This document shows positions 1 through 8,578 of a DNA stretch of 64,000 nucleotides, one piece after another; position 1 is the first letter of the stretch; every line of letters begins with the position of its first letter. The stretch spans positions 12,773 to 76,772 of the forward strand of contig DASSTC010000016.1 in NCBI GenBank assembly GCA_035708065.1. Reading direction: 5' to 3'. Below the pieces are notes generated by a model. That model was not told where the DNA came from. It searched no databases and saw nothing but the letters and a program-made list of their open reading frames with translations. This DNA is from Candidatus Limnocylindria bacterium. Lineage in GTDB: Bacteria > Chloroflexota > Limnocylindria > QHBO01. The position numbers and the translations under genes are program-made.

Positions 1-144
1 CGCTCCGAGCGATCCGGTCTAGTCCTCGTGGACTGGACGGCACGCCCCGACCAACTCGCCAGGAACCTCGCCGGCCCCGCCGTGGAGATTGCGGCCGCCC
101 AGCCGGACGTTCTCGCGGGTGGCGTCGGCACGCGGCGTGCGTAG
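1..144 (+). CDS. C-terminal fragment of a gene cut by the window edge (hypothetical)
   Basis: Frame 1 is open from base 1 to TAG 142-144 (...LVLVDWTARPDQLARNLAGPAVEIAAAQPDVLAGG...). Only 47 codons and no recognisable domain. Confidence 0.2.
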   Translation, partial: RSERSGLVLVDWTARPDQLARNLAGPAVEIAAAQPDVLAGGVGTRRA

Positions 145-179
145 CGGCCGAGGCAACACTCGCAGCGTGAGGGAGCAAG

Positions 180-563
180 GTGGCACAGTTTGTTCGCGAT
201 CACGCCCTGAGCATCGTGCTCGCCGGACTGTTCCTCGGATCCTGGATCGGGCACGCCCTCTTCGGCTGGGTCGCGTTCGCCGCCGACCAGCAGAGCCATG
301 ACCAGACCGCGCAGCTGTTCGGCAGCTCCGGGTACATCTGGGATTGGCTCGAGGCCACGTTCGAGAACTGGCAATCGGAGTTCCTGCAGCTGTTCACGAT
401 GGTGGTTCTCACCGCGTTCCTGATCCATCGCGGCAGTTCCGAATCGCGTGACAGCCAGGAAGAGCTGCGCATCGCGATCCTGCACATCGAGGAGCAGCTC
501 GAAGCGCTTCGCGGCGAACCAGCCGAGAGCCATCCACAGCCGAAGGAAGGGACGAAGAAGTGA
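180..563 (+). CDS. DUF6766-type small membrane protein
   Basis: 127-aa ORF with a GTG start preceded by GGGAG. Has hydrophobic helices and an ENWQSEFLQ...HRGSSES motif that I associate with DUF6766 proteins. Confidence 0.75.
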   Translation: MAQFVRDHALSIVLAGLFLGSWIGHALFGWVAFAADQQSHDQTAQLFGSSGYIWDWLEATFENWQSEFLQLFTMVVLTAFLIHRGSSESRDSQEELRIAILHIEEQLEALRGEPAESHPQPKEGTKK

Positions 564-730
564 TCACGGAGCGGGAGCGCCGGCTCATGGACGATCACAA
601 GAAGGACGCAGACGTCATCCTCGACGAGGAGTGGCAGCAACAGCTTCCCGGCAACGCCCTGTATTTCATCGGCGTCCTCGTGGTCTGCTTCGTGATCGTG
701 ATGCTGTTGCTGGTGGCAATCGCTCGCTGA
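560..730 (+). CDS. Small single-pass membrane protein (56 aa), not in the ORF track
   Basis: GTG at 560 overlaps the upstream TGA (GTGA). Translation VITERERRLMDDHKKDADVILDEEWQQQLPGNALYFIGVLVVCFVIVMLLLVAIAR has a charged N-terminus plus one TM helix. Stop is at 728-730. Confidence 0.4.
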   Translation: MITERERRLMDDHKKDADVILDEEWQQQLPGNALYFIGVLVVCFVIVMLLLVAIAR

Positions 731-769
731 CCGCTCGCGCACGACGGATGCGCCTGATAGGCTCGGCTC

Positions 770-1006
770 ATGTGCAGAAGCATCAAGACCCTGCGTGACG
801 GAGCCGAGCCGGTCACCGACGAGGAGATCACCGCGGCGGCACTCCAGTACGTCCGAAAAGTCAGCGGCTACCGGCAGCCGAGCCGCGCCAACGCCGACGC
901 CTTCAACGACGCAGTGGCCGAAGTGGCGGCCGCGTCACGCCGGTTGCTCGACGCCGTGATCGCTACCCATCCAGGCCGCAGCCGGACCGATGCGCACGCC
1001 CACTGA
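770..1006 (+). CDS. DUF2277 domain protein
   Basis: 78 aa. The N-terminus [11 protein letters not shown]...[14 protein letters not shown] matches my memory of the DUF2277 family. Confidence 0.8.
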   Translation: MCRSIKTLRDGAEPVTDEEITAAALQYVRKVSGYRQPSRANADAFNDAVAEVAAASRRLLDAVIATHPGRSRTDAHAH

Positions 1007-2222
1007 CCCTGCGCGCACGCCCGTCGTCGTCGACGGGCTGCGCACCGCCTTCGGCCGATACGGCGGAGCGCTGGCCGGGGTTCGTCCAGATGACATGGCG
1101 GCGCACGTGATCCGTGCACTCGTCGACCGGACCGGGGTCGACCCGGCGCAGATCGACGACGTGATCCTCGGCGCGGCGAACCAGGCGGGCGAGGACAACC
1201 GCAACGGCGCCCGCATGGCCTTGCTGCTGGCCGGGTTGCCGATCGACGTGCCGGGCCAGACGGTGAACCGCCTGTGCGGCAGTGGCCTGCAGGCAGTCGT
1301 CAGCGCGGCGCATGCGGTCGCCTTCGGCGACGGATCCGTCTTCGTAGCCGGCGGTGCCGAGTCGATGTCCCGCGCGCCGTTCGTCATGGCCAAGCCGTCC
1401 GCCGCGTTCCCCCGCGGCGAGCAGACGCTGTATGACACCACCCTCGGCTGGCGCTTCACGAACCCGCGCCTGGCCGATGCCCACTACCCGTACTCCATGG
1501 GCGAGACCGCCGAGAACGTCGTCGAGCGCTGCGGCGTCTCGCGCGAGGACCAGGACGCGTTCGCCTGGCAGTCACAGCAGCGCTGGGCCGCAGCCGATGC
1601 CGCCGGGCGCTTCGCCGACGAGATCATCCCCATCGAGGTGCCGTCCGGCCGCCGTGGCGAGACCCGCACGTTGGAGCGCGACGAGCACCCACGACCGGAA
1701 ACGACGCTCGAGGACCTGGCCCGGCTGAAGCCGGCGTTCAAGCGCGACGCGTCGGGCTCGGTGACTGCCGGCAACTCCTCGGGCATCAACGACGGCGCCG
1801 CCGCGCTGCTCGTCACGTCCGAGGCACGCGCACGCGAGCTTGGCCTGCGCCCGATGGCGCGGCTCGTCTCGTCCGGCGTCGCCGGTGTCGACCCGGCGAC
1901 GATGGGCCTCGGCCCCATCCCCGCTTCACGGCTCGCGCTCGAGCGAGCGGGCCTCAGCGTCGACGACATGGACCTCGTCGAGCTGAATGAGGCGTTCGCC
2001 GCGCAGGCGATTCCGGTCATGCGCGAGCTTGGCCTGGATCCGGAGACGACCAACGTGAACGGAGGCGCGATCGCCATCGGGCATCCGCTGGGCGCCTCGG
2101 GTGCTCGCCTCGCGACGACGCTGCTCCACGAGATGCGCCGACGCGGCGCGCGGTACGGGCTGGCCACGATGTGCATCGGTGTCGGACAGGGCATCGCTGC
2201 CGTCTTTGAATCGGTCGAGTAA
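990..2222 (+). CDS. Acetyl-CoA C-acyltransferase (thiolase)
   Basis: 410 aa with thiolase hallmarks: [11 protein letters not shown] (active-site Cys), [28 protein letters not shown]. Overlaps the upstream gene by 17 nt. Confidence 0.93.
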   Translation: MRTPTDPARTPVVVDGLRTAFGRYGGALAGVRPDDMAAHVIRALVDRTGVDPAQIDDVILGAANQAGEDNRNGARMALLLAGLPIDVPGQTVNRLCGSGLQAVVSAAHAVAFGDGSVFVAGGAESMSRAPFVMAKPSAAFPRGEQTLYDTTLGWRFTNPRLADAHYPYSMGETAENVVERCGVSREDQDAFAWQSQQRWAAADAAGRFADEIIPIEVPSGRRGETRTLERDEHPRPETTLEDLARLKPAFKRDASGSVTAGNSSGINDGAAALLVTSEARARELGLRPMARLVSSGVAGVDPATMGLGPIPASRLALERAGLSVDDMDLVELNEAFAAQAIPVMRELGLDPETTNVNGGAIAIGHPLGASGARLATTLLHEMRRRGARYGLATMCIGVGQGIAAVFESVE

Positions 2223-2313
2223 CGGGATGACGGAGCCCGAGCCGGGGATCGTCTTCAGCGGCGAGGCCGACGTGAGCAGCGCGCCGCGCAGCCGGCGGTA
2301 GTCGTCCCGGGGT

Positions 2314-3177
2314 CTACCGCGGGGTCGTCACCACCGCGTCCTCACGCATCACCACCACCCGCGTTCGACCGGTCTTGCCTTTGAGCGCGAGCTCGCGTCG
2401 CTCGAGACTGTCCAGGCTCAACCCGGCTTCGGTCATCGCCGCCAGCGTCACCAGGAGCTCGCCGGCCGCCGCAGCCGCCGATAACCGCGCGGTCACGTTC
2501 ACGATGTCGCCGAGCGCGGTGAACTCGACGTGCTCATCGGTGCCCACTGCCCCGACGTATGCGATCCCCGCGTTCACCCCGATGCCGATCGGAACGCTCC
2601 GGTGTGCGTCCCGGCCACCGGTCGCCGCCAGCAGCTCGAGTCCGGCCCGCACCGCCTCGCCGGCCGGTGGGCCATCGGTCAGCGAGGGCAGGAAGATCCC
2701 GATCACCTCGTCACCGACGAACTTGTCGACGAACGCGTCGTGTGCCACCAGGATGCCGTACGACGTCTGGTAGAAGCGATCGAGCAGCTGGCGGAACTCG
2801 GCCGGACGCATTCCCTCGGCGAGGGCCGTCGAGTTTCGGACGTCGGCGAACAGCAGCGCGCAATCGGTTTCTGCGCCCGCGCGCGTTCGATACAGCGCGG
2901 CGAAGCATCCACGGCAGTACTTGGGGTTTCCCGGCCACGGCCCGAGGTTGATCGCGCGCATGGCGGCGCCGCCGATGCCGCCGAACGGGCGGTGGCACAT
3001 CTTGCAGCGCGGCGCGCTCGGCATCGAACGCCAGATCCGTCGCAACCGCTTCTGGCGCTTGCCGCAAAGCTCTGCGGCCGCCGCACGCTCATCCACCGAG
3101 CCATTGTGGTCGGCGGCGGCAAGTCCCAGACTCGGCCTCATGGATACGAGGATCACCTTCATCGGTTCGTTCCGCAT
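2314..3177 (-). CDS. Adenylate/guanylate cyclase domain protein with N-terminal Zn-ribbon
   Basis: Class III cyclase core (LLFADVRNSTALAE...FVGDEVIGIF...GIGVNAGIAYVG) follows CxxC...CxxC (RCKMCHRPF...YCRGCF). The start is uncertain; alternative Met codons are at 3162, 3141 and 3024. Confidence 0.8.
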   Translation of the reverse strand: MRNEPMKVILVSMRPSLGLAAADHNGSVDERAAAAELCGKRQKRLRRIWRSMPSAPRCKMCHRPFGGIGGAAMRAINLGPWPGNPKYCRGCFAALYRTRAGAETDCALLFADVRNSTALAEGMRPAEFRQLLDRFYQTSYGILVAHDAFVDKFVGDEVIGIFLPSLTDGPPAGEAVRAGLELLAATGGRDAHRSVPIGIGVNAGIAYVGAVGTDEHVEFTALGDIVNVTARLSAAAAAGELLVTLAAMTEAGLSLDSLERRELALKGKTGRTRVVVMREDAVVTTPR

Positions 3178-3499
3178 CCCTGACTACGACGCCTGGCTGC
3201 CCGCCATGCAGGGGATGACACGCTTCGTGGCCGAACGCGTTCCGGGAGTCCTGTCGTTCGATGCCTATGTCGACGAGGGTCGCAGCCGCGGCACGGTCGT
3301 CTACGTCCACCCTGACGCCGACTCGCTGGACGAGCATCTGTCGGCCGCGGCAGACCAGATTCGTGTCGGCAGCGCCATGGTGGAGGTCACCGCCATCCGG
3401 ATCCTCGGCACACCTCACCAGGCGACGGTCGACAGGTTGCGGGCGTCCGGGGCGCCGGTCGAAGTCGACGAGCGCGTCGACGGGTTCGCCAAAAGGTAA
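3140..3499 (+). CDS. ABM (antibiotic-biosynthesis-monooxygenase-like) / Dabb-fold small protein
   Basis: 119 aa from ATG 3140 (MDTRITFIGSFRIPDYDAW...VVYVHPDADSLDEHL). The upstream part of ORF 2921..3499 is antisense to the cyclase and was trimmed. Confidence 0.6.
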   Translation: MDTRITFIGSFRIPDYDAWLPAMQGMTRFVAERVPGVLSFDAYVDEGRSRGTVVYVHPDADSLDEHLSAAADQIRVGSAMVEVTAIRILGTPHQATVDRLRASGAPVEVDERVDGFAKR

Positions 3500-3507
3500 C
3501 CCGGCGC

Positions 3508-4731
3508 TTGTCCGACGTCGCCCTCATCTTCGCGATCCAGGCGGTCCGCGCCGCGCTGTACGGCTTCGGCAGCATTCTGATCGGCGCCTCTCTGGCGCAG
3601 AGCGGCCTGGACGCCGCGGCCGTCGGACTCGTCTTCACGGCGATGCTGGTCGGCATGGCGGTGTCCTCCCTGGCGGTCGGACGTTGGGGTGAGCGGCTGG
3701 GCCGGCGGCGTGCCTACGTTGTGCTCCTCGCGGTCATGGGCGTGGCCGGCGCCCTCTTCGCCCTCACGGACAGCGTTCCACTGCTCCTGCTCGCCGCGCT
3801 GACCGGCTGCCTCTCGACCGATCCGAACGAGTCCGGCCCGATCACCACGCTCGAGCAGGCGATGCTGGCCGGCACTCCGCCGACCGAACGCGCCCGCGTC
3901 TACGGCCGCTACAACGCCCTGGCGTATCTGGCCGGGGCGGTCGGCGCGCTGCTGGCGGGCGGGCCGGCAGGGCTGCGCAACCTCATCCCGGCATTGCCGC
4001 CCGACCAGCGCTGGCTGCTCGTGCTGCCGCTCGGCGCGGTCGCCTGCGTGGTTCTCGCCGCGCACCTGTCGCCCGCTGCGGAGGTCGCACCCTCGAGGTC
4101 GCCGGTTGCGATGCCCGCCGGCGGACTGCAGCGCTCGCGCGGGATCGTGTTTCGCCTGTCGGGCCTCTTCGCGCTCGACGCGTTCGCCGGTGGGTTCGTC
4201 GTCCAGGCGTTCATGGTCTTCTGGTTCAGCCGCCAGTTCGGCGTCAACAGCGACGTCATGGGGCTCGTCTTCTTCGGGGTCGGTCTGCTGCAGGCTGCCT
4301 CGTCGATCGCCGCTGCGCGCGTTGCGGCGCGCATCGGGCTGCTGAACACGATGGTCTTCACCCACCTGCCGTCGAACGTGTTCCTGGCGGTCATCCCGTT
4401 CGCACCGTCGCTGCCGCTCGCGATCCTGTTCCTGCTGGCGCGATCCGCGCTGTCGCAGATGGACGTGCCGACCCGCCAGGCGTACGTCGCGGCCATGGTC
4501 GACCCCGAGGAGCGGACGGCGGCGGCGGCATACACCAACGCCTCGCGCTACGTGGCCCGGCCGGTCGGTCCGGCGCTGGCGTCGGCGGCGATGACCGTGA
4601 CCGTCGGGCTGCCGTTCGTGATCGCCGGCGGGTTGAAGGTCGTCTACGACCTGCTGCTGCTGGGCACGTTCCGCGGCGTCGAGCTGCCGGAGGGAGCTGG
4701 CGCGGGAGGTGGCGCTTCCCGACTGGGCTGA
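3508..4731 (+). CDS. MFS transporter
   Basis: 407 aa with about 12 hydrophobic helices. The loop motif GRWGERLGRRR after TM2 is typical of MFS. TTG start. Confidence 0.85.
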   Translation: MSDVALIFAIQAVRAALYGFGSILIGASLAQSGLDAAAVGLVFTAMLVGMAVSSLAVGRWGERLGRRRAYVVLLAVMGVAGALFALTDSVPLLLLAALTGCLSTDPNESGPITTLEQAMLAGTPPTERARVYGRYNALAYLAGAVGALLAGGPAGLRNLIPALPPDQRWLLVLPLGAVACVVLAAHLSPAAEVAPSRSPVAMPAGGLQRSRGIVFRLSGLFALDAFAGGFVVQAFMVFWFSRQFGVNSDVMGLVFFGVGLLQAASSIAAARVAARIGLLNTMVFTHLPSNVFLAVIPFAPSLPLAILFLLARSALSQMDVPTRQAYVAAMVDPEERTAAAAYTNASRYVARPVGPALASAAMTVTVGLPFVIAGGLKVVYDLLLLGTFRGVELPEGAGAGGGASRLG

Positions 4732-4911
4732 TGCGCACCCGGAGCGCAATGGCTCGCCGCAGCTGCGTCGAGCGCGCATTTGTCGCTGCTGTGCGCGGTA
4801 TCTGCCTCGGGGCACCCCCGCGCGGCAGGTTCTCAGCTCCGCGGAGCGTGGCGACCGGTCGTCAGAGCCATCCCGGCGGTGTTAGCGCGCAGATCCGCGA
4901 CATTTGACGCT

Positions 4912-5349
4912 TCAAGCGCCCGCGGTGCTCGGCCCCAGCGCCCACGAAGTCCAGTGCTCGATGCTCAGAACCATCGCCGCGCCGAACGGTGTCGACCAGG
5001 TCCGGTACTGCTCGTACTTCGCCTGGAGCAACCGGATCGTCAGCTCGCGCTCCGGCCCGTCCTCGACGATCCGCGCCGAGCCGGCGACGCGCACCCACCA
5101 GAGCCGATCCCAGTCCTCGTCGTACGCATCGGCCAGCAACGAGACCGCCGGATTCGCGCGGATGTTGCGAAATCGCAGCAGGTCCAGGGCGTCCTTGGGC
5201 TTGGGATCGGCGATGGAATAGAGACGGTCACCCTCGAGCGCGAAGACGATCGGCACGACGTGCGGCCGGCCATCGGTCCGGACGGTGGCGAGGTACGCCA
5301 CGCGCGATGCGGCGAGGCGACGGCGTGCCTCCGCGGCCGTGAGGCGCAT
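4912..5349 (-). CDS. PPOX-class F420-dependent oxidoreductase (pyridoxamine 5'-phosphate oxidase family)
   Basis: 145 aa. The pattern VAYLATVRTDGRPHVVPIVFAL...LWWVRVAGSARIV is typical of PPOX/F420 split-barrel proteins. Lies 9 nt downstream of the preceding gene. Confidence 0.85.
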   Translation of the reverse strand: MRLTAAEARRRLAASRVAYLATVRTDGRPHVVPIVFALEGDRLYSIADPKPKDALDLLRFRNIRANPAVSLLADAYDEDWDRLWWVRVAGSARIVEDGPERELTIRLLQAKYEQYRTWSTPFGAAMVLSIEHWTSWALGPSTAGA

Positions 5350-5358
5350 CGGTGCGGG

Positions 5359-6348
5359 CTAGGAGAGCTTCAGGCGGGGAAGCACCTTCTCGGCGAAGGT
5401 CGCGATGAACGTCGGCTGGTCGCGCCCGACGTTGTGCAGGTAGATCTCGTCGAAGCCCATGTCGACGAAGTTCTGCAGCTGCTCGACGTGCGCGTCGAGG
5501 TCGGCGCTGATCAGCATCCGGTTCTTGAAGTCCTTGAGCTGCACCAGCTTCGCCATGTTGGCGAAGTCCTCCGGGTTCTTGATGTCCTGCTTCGGGAATG
5601 GCATGCCGCCGTTCGGCCACTCGAGGACCGCCTGCTCCTCGGCCTCGGCCTGCGTCGGCGCCCAGGAGACGTGCACCTGCAGCTGCGTCTTCATGGCCGA
5701 TGCGTCCTTGCCCGCCTCCGCCGCTCCCTCGCGGAACTTGTCCCACAGCATGTTGATCTTCTCGTCGGCGGCCCCGACGGTGATGATCCCGTCGGCGTAC
5801 TTGCCGGTGCGCTTGGCGTTGACCGGGCCAGCGGTCGCCACGTAGACCGGCACCGGCTGCTCCGGCCGGGTGTACAGCTTCGCCGACTCGAGCGTGAAGT
5901 AGGTGCCCTGATGCTTGACGACCTTGCCGGTGAACAGCTTGTTGATGACCTCGATCGCCTCGAACATCATCGCGCTGCGCACGCCGACCTCCGGCCAGTT
6001 CGGGCCGATGACGTGCTCGTTGAGTGCCTCGCCGGCGCCGAGCCCCAGCCAGAATCGCCCGGGATACATCGCGCCCAGCGTGGCGGCGGCATGCGCGATG
6101 ACCGCGGGGTGGTACCGAAATCCGGGACAGGTGACCGCGGTGCCGAACGGCAGGCTGGTGCGCTCGCCCAGCGCGCCCATGAAGCTCCACGCGAAGGCGG
6201 CGTTGCCCTGCTGCGGCGTCCACGGGTGGAAGTGCTCGCTCACCTGGAAACCGGCGTCGAATCCGGCAGATTCCGCATGGGCGCACCAGTCGAGCAGGTC
6301 GGTCGGGTGGAACTGCTCGAGCATGGCCGCGTAACCGATCTTGGTCAT
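5359..6348 (-). CDS. F420-dependent LLM oxidoreductase, glucose-6-phosphate-dehydrogenase (FGD) family
   Basis: 329 aa. MTKIGYAAMLEQFHP...SEHFHPW...GLGAGEALNEH are luciferase-like / FGD-family signatures. SD GAGGGACGG lies upstream. Confidence 0.9.
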   Translation of the reverse strand: MTKIGYAAMLEQFHPTDLLDWCAHAESAGFDAGFQVSEHFHPWTPQQGNAAFAWSFMGALGERTSLPFGTAVTCPGFRYHPAVIAHAAATLGAMYPGRFWLGLGAGEALNEHVIGPNWPEVGVRSAMMFEAIEVINKLFTGKVVKHQGTYFTLESAKLYTRPEQPVPVYVATAGPVNAKRTGKYADGIITVGAADEKINMLWDKFREGAAEAGKDASAMKTQLQVHVSWAPTQAEAEEQAVLEWPNGGMPFPKQDIKNPEDFANMAKLVQLKDFKNRMLISADLDAHVEQLQNFVDMGFDEIYLHNVGRDQPTFIATFAEKVLPRLKLS

Positions 6349-6363
6349 CCGTCCCTCGTCTGC

Positions 6364-6380
6364 GTAGGCTTACAGCCTAC
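6364..6380. promoter_or_regulatory. 17-bp perfect palindrome GTAGGCT-TAC-AGCCTAC in a divergent promoter gap (candidate operator)
   Basis: Read directly: 6364-6370 is the reverse complement of 6374-6380. It sits in the 64-nt gap between the divergent genes at 6348(-) and 6413(+). Confidence 0.35.
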
Positions 6381-6412
6381 CGGCTTCTCAGGTGGACCGA
6401 TGAGGAGGCGTC

Positions 6413-7477
6413 GTGAAGCTAGGGCGACTCATCACGGCGGTGGACGCGCACGCGGGCGGCGAGCCCGGCCGGGTGATCACCGGCGGCGTGCTCGACGTTT
6501 CCGGCGCGACGATGTTCGACAAGATGGTGCACCTGCGCGAGCACGGCGACTCGCTTCGTCGGCTGATGTTGCGCGAGCCGCGCGGCTACCCGGCGCTGTG
6601 CTGCAACCTCATCCTCCCGGCGACGCATCCGGAGGCCGATGCGGGCTTCGTGATCATGGAGCAGGCGGAGTATCCGCCGATGTCCGGGTCGAACACGATC
6701 TGCACCGTCACCGTTCTGCTCGAGACGGGGATGCTGCCGATGCTCGAGCCTGAGACGGTGCTGATCCTGGAGGCGCCGGCCGGGCTGATTCGCGTCCGTG
6801 CAGCGTGCGCCGACGGCAAGGTCACCGGCGTCACGTTCGAGAACGTGCCGGCCTTTGCCGTTCATCTCGGCGTGCCGGTCGAGGTGCCGGAGGTGGGCAC
6901 CGTTGCCGTCGACGTTGCGTGGGGCGGGATGTTCTACGCCATCGCCGAGGCGGCGCCATTGGGCTTTGCGATCACGCCGGACGAGGGCCGCGACCTCGTG
7001 CGCATCGGCGAGATGATCAAGGCGGCGACCCGCGAGCAGTACCCGGTGCGCCACCCGGACAACGACAGGATCGAGGGCGTCTCGATCATGCAGTTCTCGG
7101 GGCCGCCATCGGTCGACGGCGCCGACATGAAGAACACCGTCGTCGTCTCGTCGGGGGCGTTCGACTGGGAGCGGCCGTCGACCTGGACCGGCGTCCTCGA
7201 TCGCTCGCCGTGCGGGACCGGCACCTGCGCCCGGATGGCGACGCTGCACGCCCGCGGGCAGCTGGGGATCGGGCAGCCGTTCGTCCACGAGGGGATCCTC
7301 GGGACGACGTGGACGGGTCGGCTGCTGCGCGAGGCGCGCGTCGGCGAGTACGCGGCGGTCGTGCCCGAGCTGACCGGCGCCGCGTGGATCACGGGGATTG
7401 CCTCGTACGTCGTCGACGCCGAGGATCCCTTCCCCGAGGGCTTCACCGTCGGGGATCTCTGGGCGAGCGGCGACTAG
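6413..7477 (+). CDS. Proline racemase superfamily protein (hydroxyproline epimerase/dehydratase-like)
   Basis: 354 aa, GTG start with GAGGAGG SD. Has the DRSPCGTG motif (second catalytic Cys). The first catalytic position reads PMSGSNTI, so Ser appears where racemases carry MCGH. Confidence 0.9.
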   Translation: MKLGRLITAVDAHAGGEPGRVITGGVLDVSGATMFDKMVHLREHGDSLRRLMLREPRGYPALCCNLILPATHPEADAGFVIMEQAEYPPMSGSNTICTVTVLLETGMLPMLEPETVLILEAPAGLIRVRAACADGKVTGVTFENVPAFAVHLGVPVEVPEVGTVAVDVAWGGMFYAIAEAAPLGFAITPDEGRDLVRIGEMIKAATREQYPVRHPDNDRIEGVSIMQFSGPPSVDGADMKNTVVVSSGAFDWERPSTWTGVLDRSPCGTGTCARMATLHARGQLGIGQPFVHEGILGTTWTGRLLREARVGEYAAVVPELTGAAWITGIASYVVDAEDPFPEGFTVGDLWASGD

Positions 7478-7574
7478 TCGTTCCACGCGTTCTGGCTCGG
7501 CGGCGCATGCACCAGAGGCATGCCAGCTGGCGCAACGGCGCCTCCCCGCGACCGACATTGCGCCCGGTGCGACA

Positions 7575-8525
7575 ATGCGGCCGATGGTAGGCAACGCCCC
7601 GAGCATCCACGTCAACCGCGACCAGAATCATCTCGCCTGGGACCCGGCCATCGAGCCGGTGGCGAGCGTGGCCTCCGGCGAGATCATCGAGTTCGACTGC
7701 CTCGACGCGTCCAACGGCGAGCTCACCGCAGACTCGACGACCGATTCGCTGGCGACCCTCAACTTCGACCGCGTCGACCAGGTCACCGGGCCGGTTGAGG
7801 TCGAGGGCGCCGAGCCGGGGGACACCCTGCAGATCGACCTGCTCGAGTTCGAGCACGCCGACTGGGGTTGGACGGCGAACATCTCGGGCTTTGGTCTGCT
7901 GGCCGACGAGTTTCCAGACGGCTTCTACAAGGTCACGCGCCTCACACCCGGCGCGCAACGCGCCGAATTCTGGCCGGGCATCAACCTGCCGCTGGCGCCG
8001 TTCTGCGGTGAGATCGGTGTGGCGCCGCGGACCGGGCCGCTGTCGACCATCCCGCCGGACGTCCACGGCGGCAACATGGACACGCGCCATCTGGTCGCCG
8101 GCTCGACGCTCTTTCTCCCGGTGTTCCACCGCGGCGCCCGCCTGTCCATGGGCGACGGCCACGCCACCCAGGGCGATGGCGAGGTGTGCGGCACGGCCAT
8201 CGAGACGCCCATGCGTGTCCGGGTGCGGGTCACCGTCCGCAAGGACCTGAAGGTCACCGGCCCCGAGTTCGTTGCCGCACCTGACCCACATGCCGAGCTG
8301 CGCAACGGGAAGCGTTACGCGACGGACGGCATCGGTCCGGACCTGATGGTCGCGGCACGCGACGCGGTGAAGCGCATGATCGACTGGCTCGGCCGCGAGC
8401 ACGGCCTGGAGCCGATCGAGGCCTACCTGCTGTGCAGCACGGCGATCGACCTGCGCATCAGCGAGATCGTCGACCAGCCGAACTTCATCGTCACCGCCCA
8501 CTGCCCGCTGGGGATCTTCGCGTGA
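7575..8525 (+). CDS. Acetamidase/formamidase family amidohydrolase
   Basis: 316 aa from ATG 7575. GEIIEFDCLDASNG...GPVEVEGAEPGD...HGGNMD...GDGHATQGDGEVCGTAIE are FmdA/AmdA family motifs. The upstream part of ORF 7398 was trimmed. Confidence 0.85.
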   Translation: MRPMVGNAPSIHVNRDQNHLAWDPAIEPVASVASGEIIEFDCLDASNGELTADSTTDSLATLNFDRVDQVTGPVEVEGAEPGDTLQIDLLEFEHADWGWTANISGFGLLADEFPDGFYKVTRLTPGAQRAEFWPGINLPLAPFCGEIGVAPRTGPLSTIPPDVHGGNMDTRHLVAGSTLFLPVFHRGARLSMGDGHATQGDGEVCGTAIETPMRVRVRVTVRKDLKVTGPEFVAAPDPHAELRNGKRYATDGIGPDLMVAARDAVKRMIDWLGREHGLEPIEAYLLCSTAIDLRISEIVDQPNFIVTAHCPLGIFA

Positions 8526-8531
8526 GGAAAC

Positions 8532-8553
8532 GGGCCGGCGTCGTCGCCGGCCC
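8532..8553. terminator. GC hairpin between convergent genes (bidirectional terminator candidate)
   Basis: GGGCCGGCG-tcgt-CGCCGGCCC forms a perfect 9-bp stem and lies between stop codons at 8525(+) and 8579(-). There is no clear U-tract. Confidence 0.45.
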
Positions 8554-8578
8554 GCATCGGTCAAGCCCGGCTGACGGC

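Noticed and set aside
3415-4815. 466-aa minus-strand ORF
   Set aside because: It is antisense to the MFS transporter, and its R/D/E/Q-rich sequence has no domain signature.
4780-6753. 657-aa plus-strand ORF
   Set aside because: It is antisense to the PPOX and FGD-family genes and out of frame with the proline-racemase gene. The composition is R/G/A-rich with no motifs.
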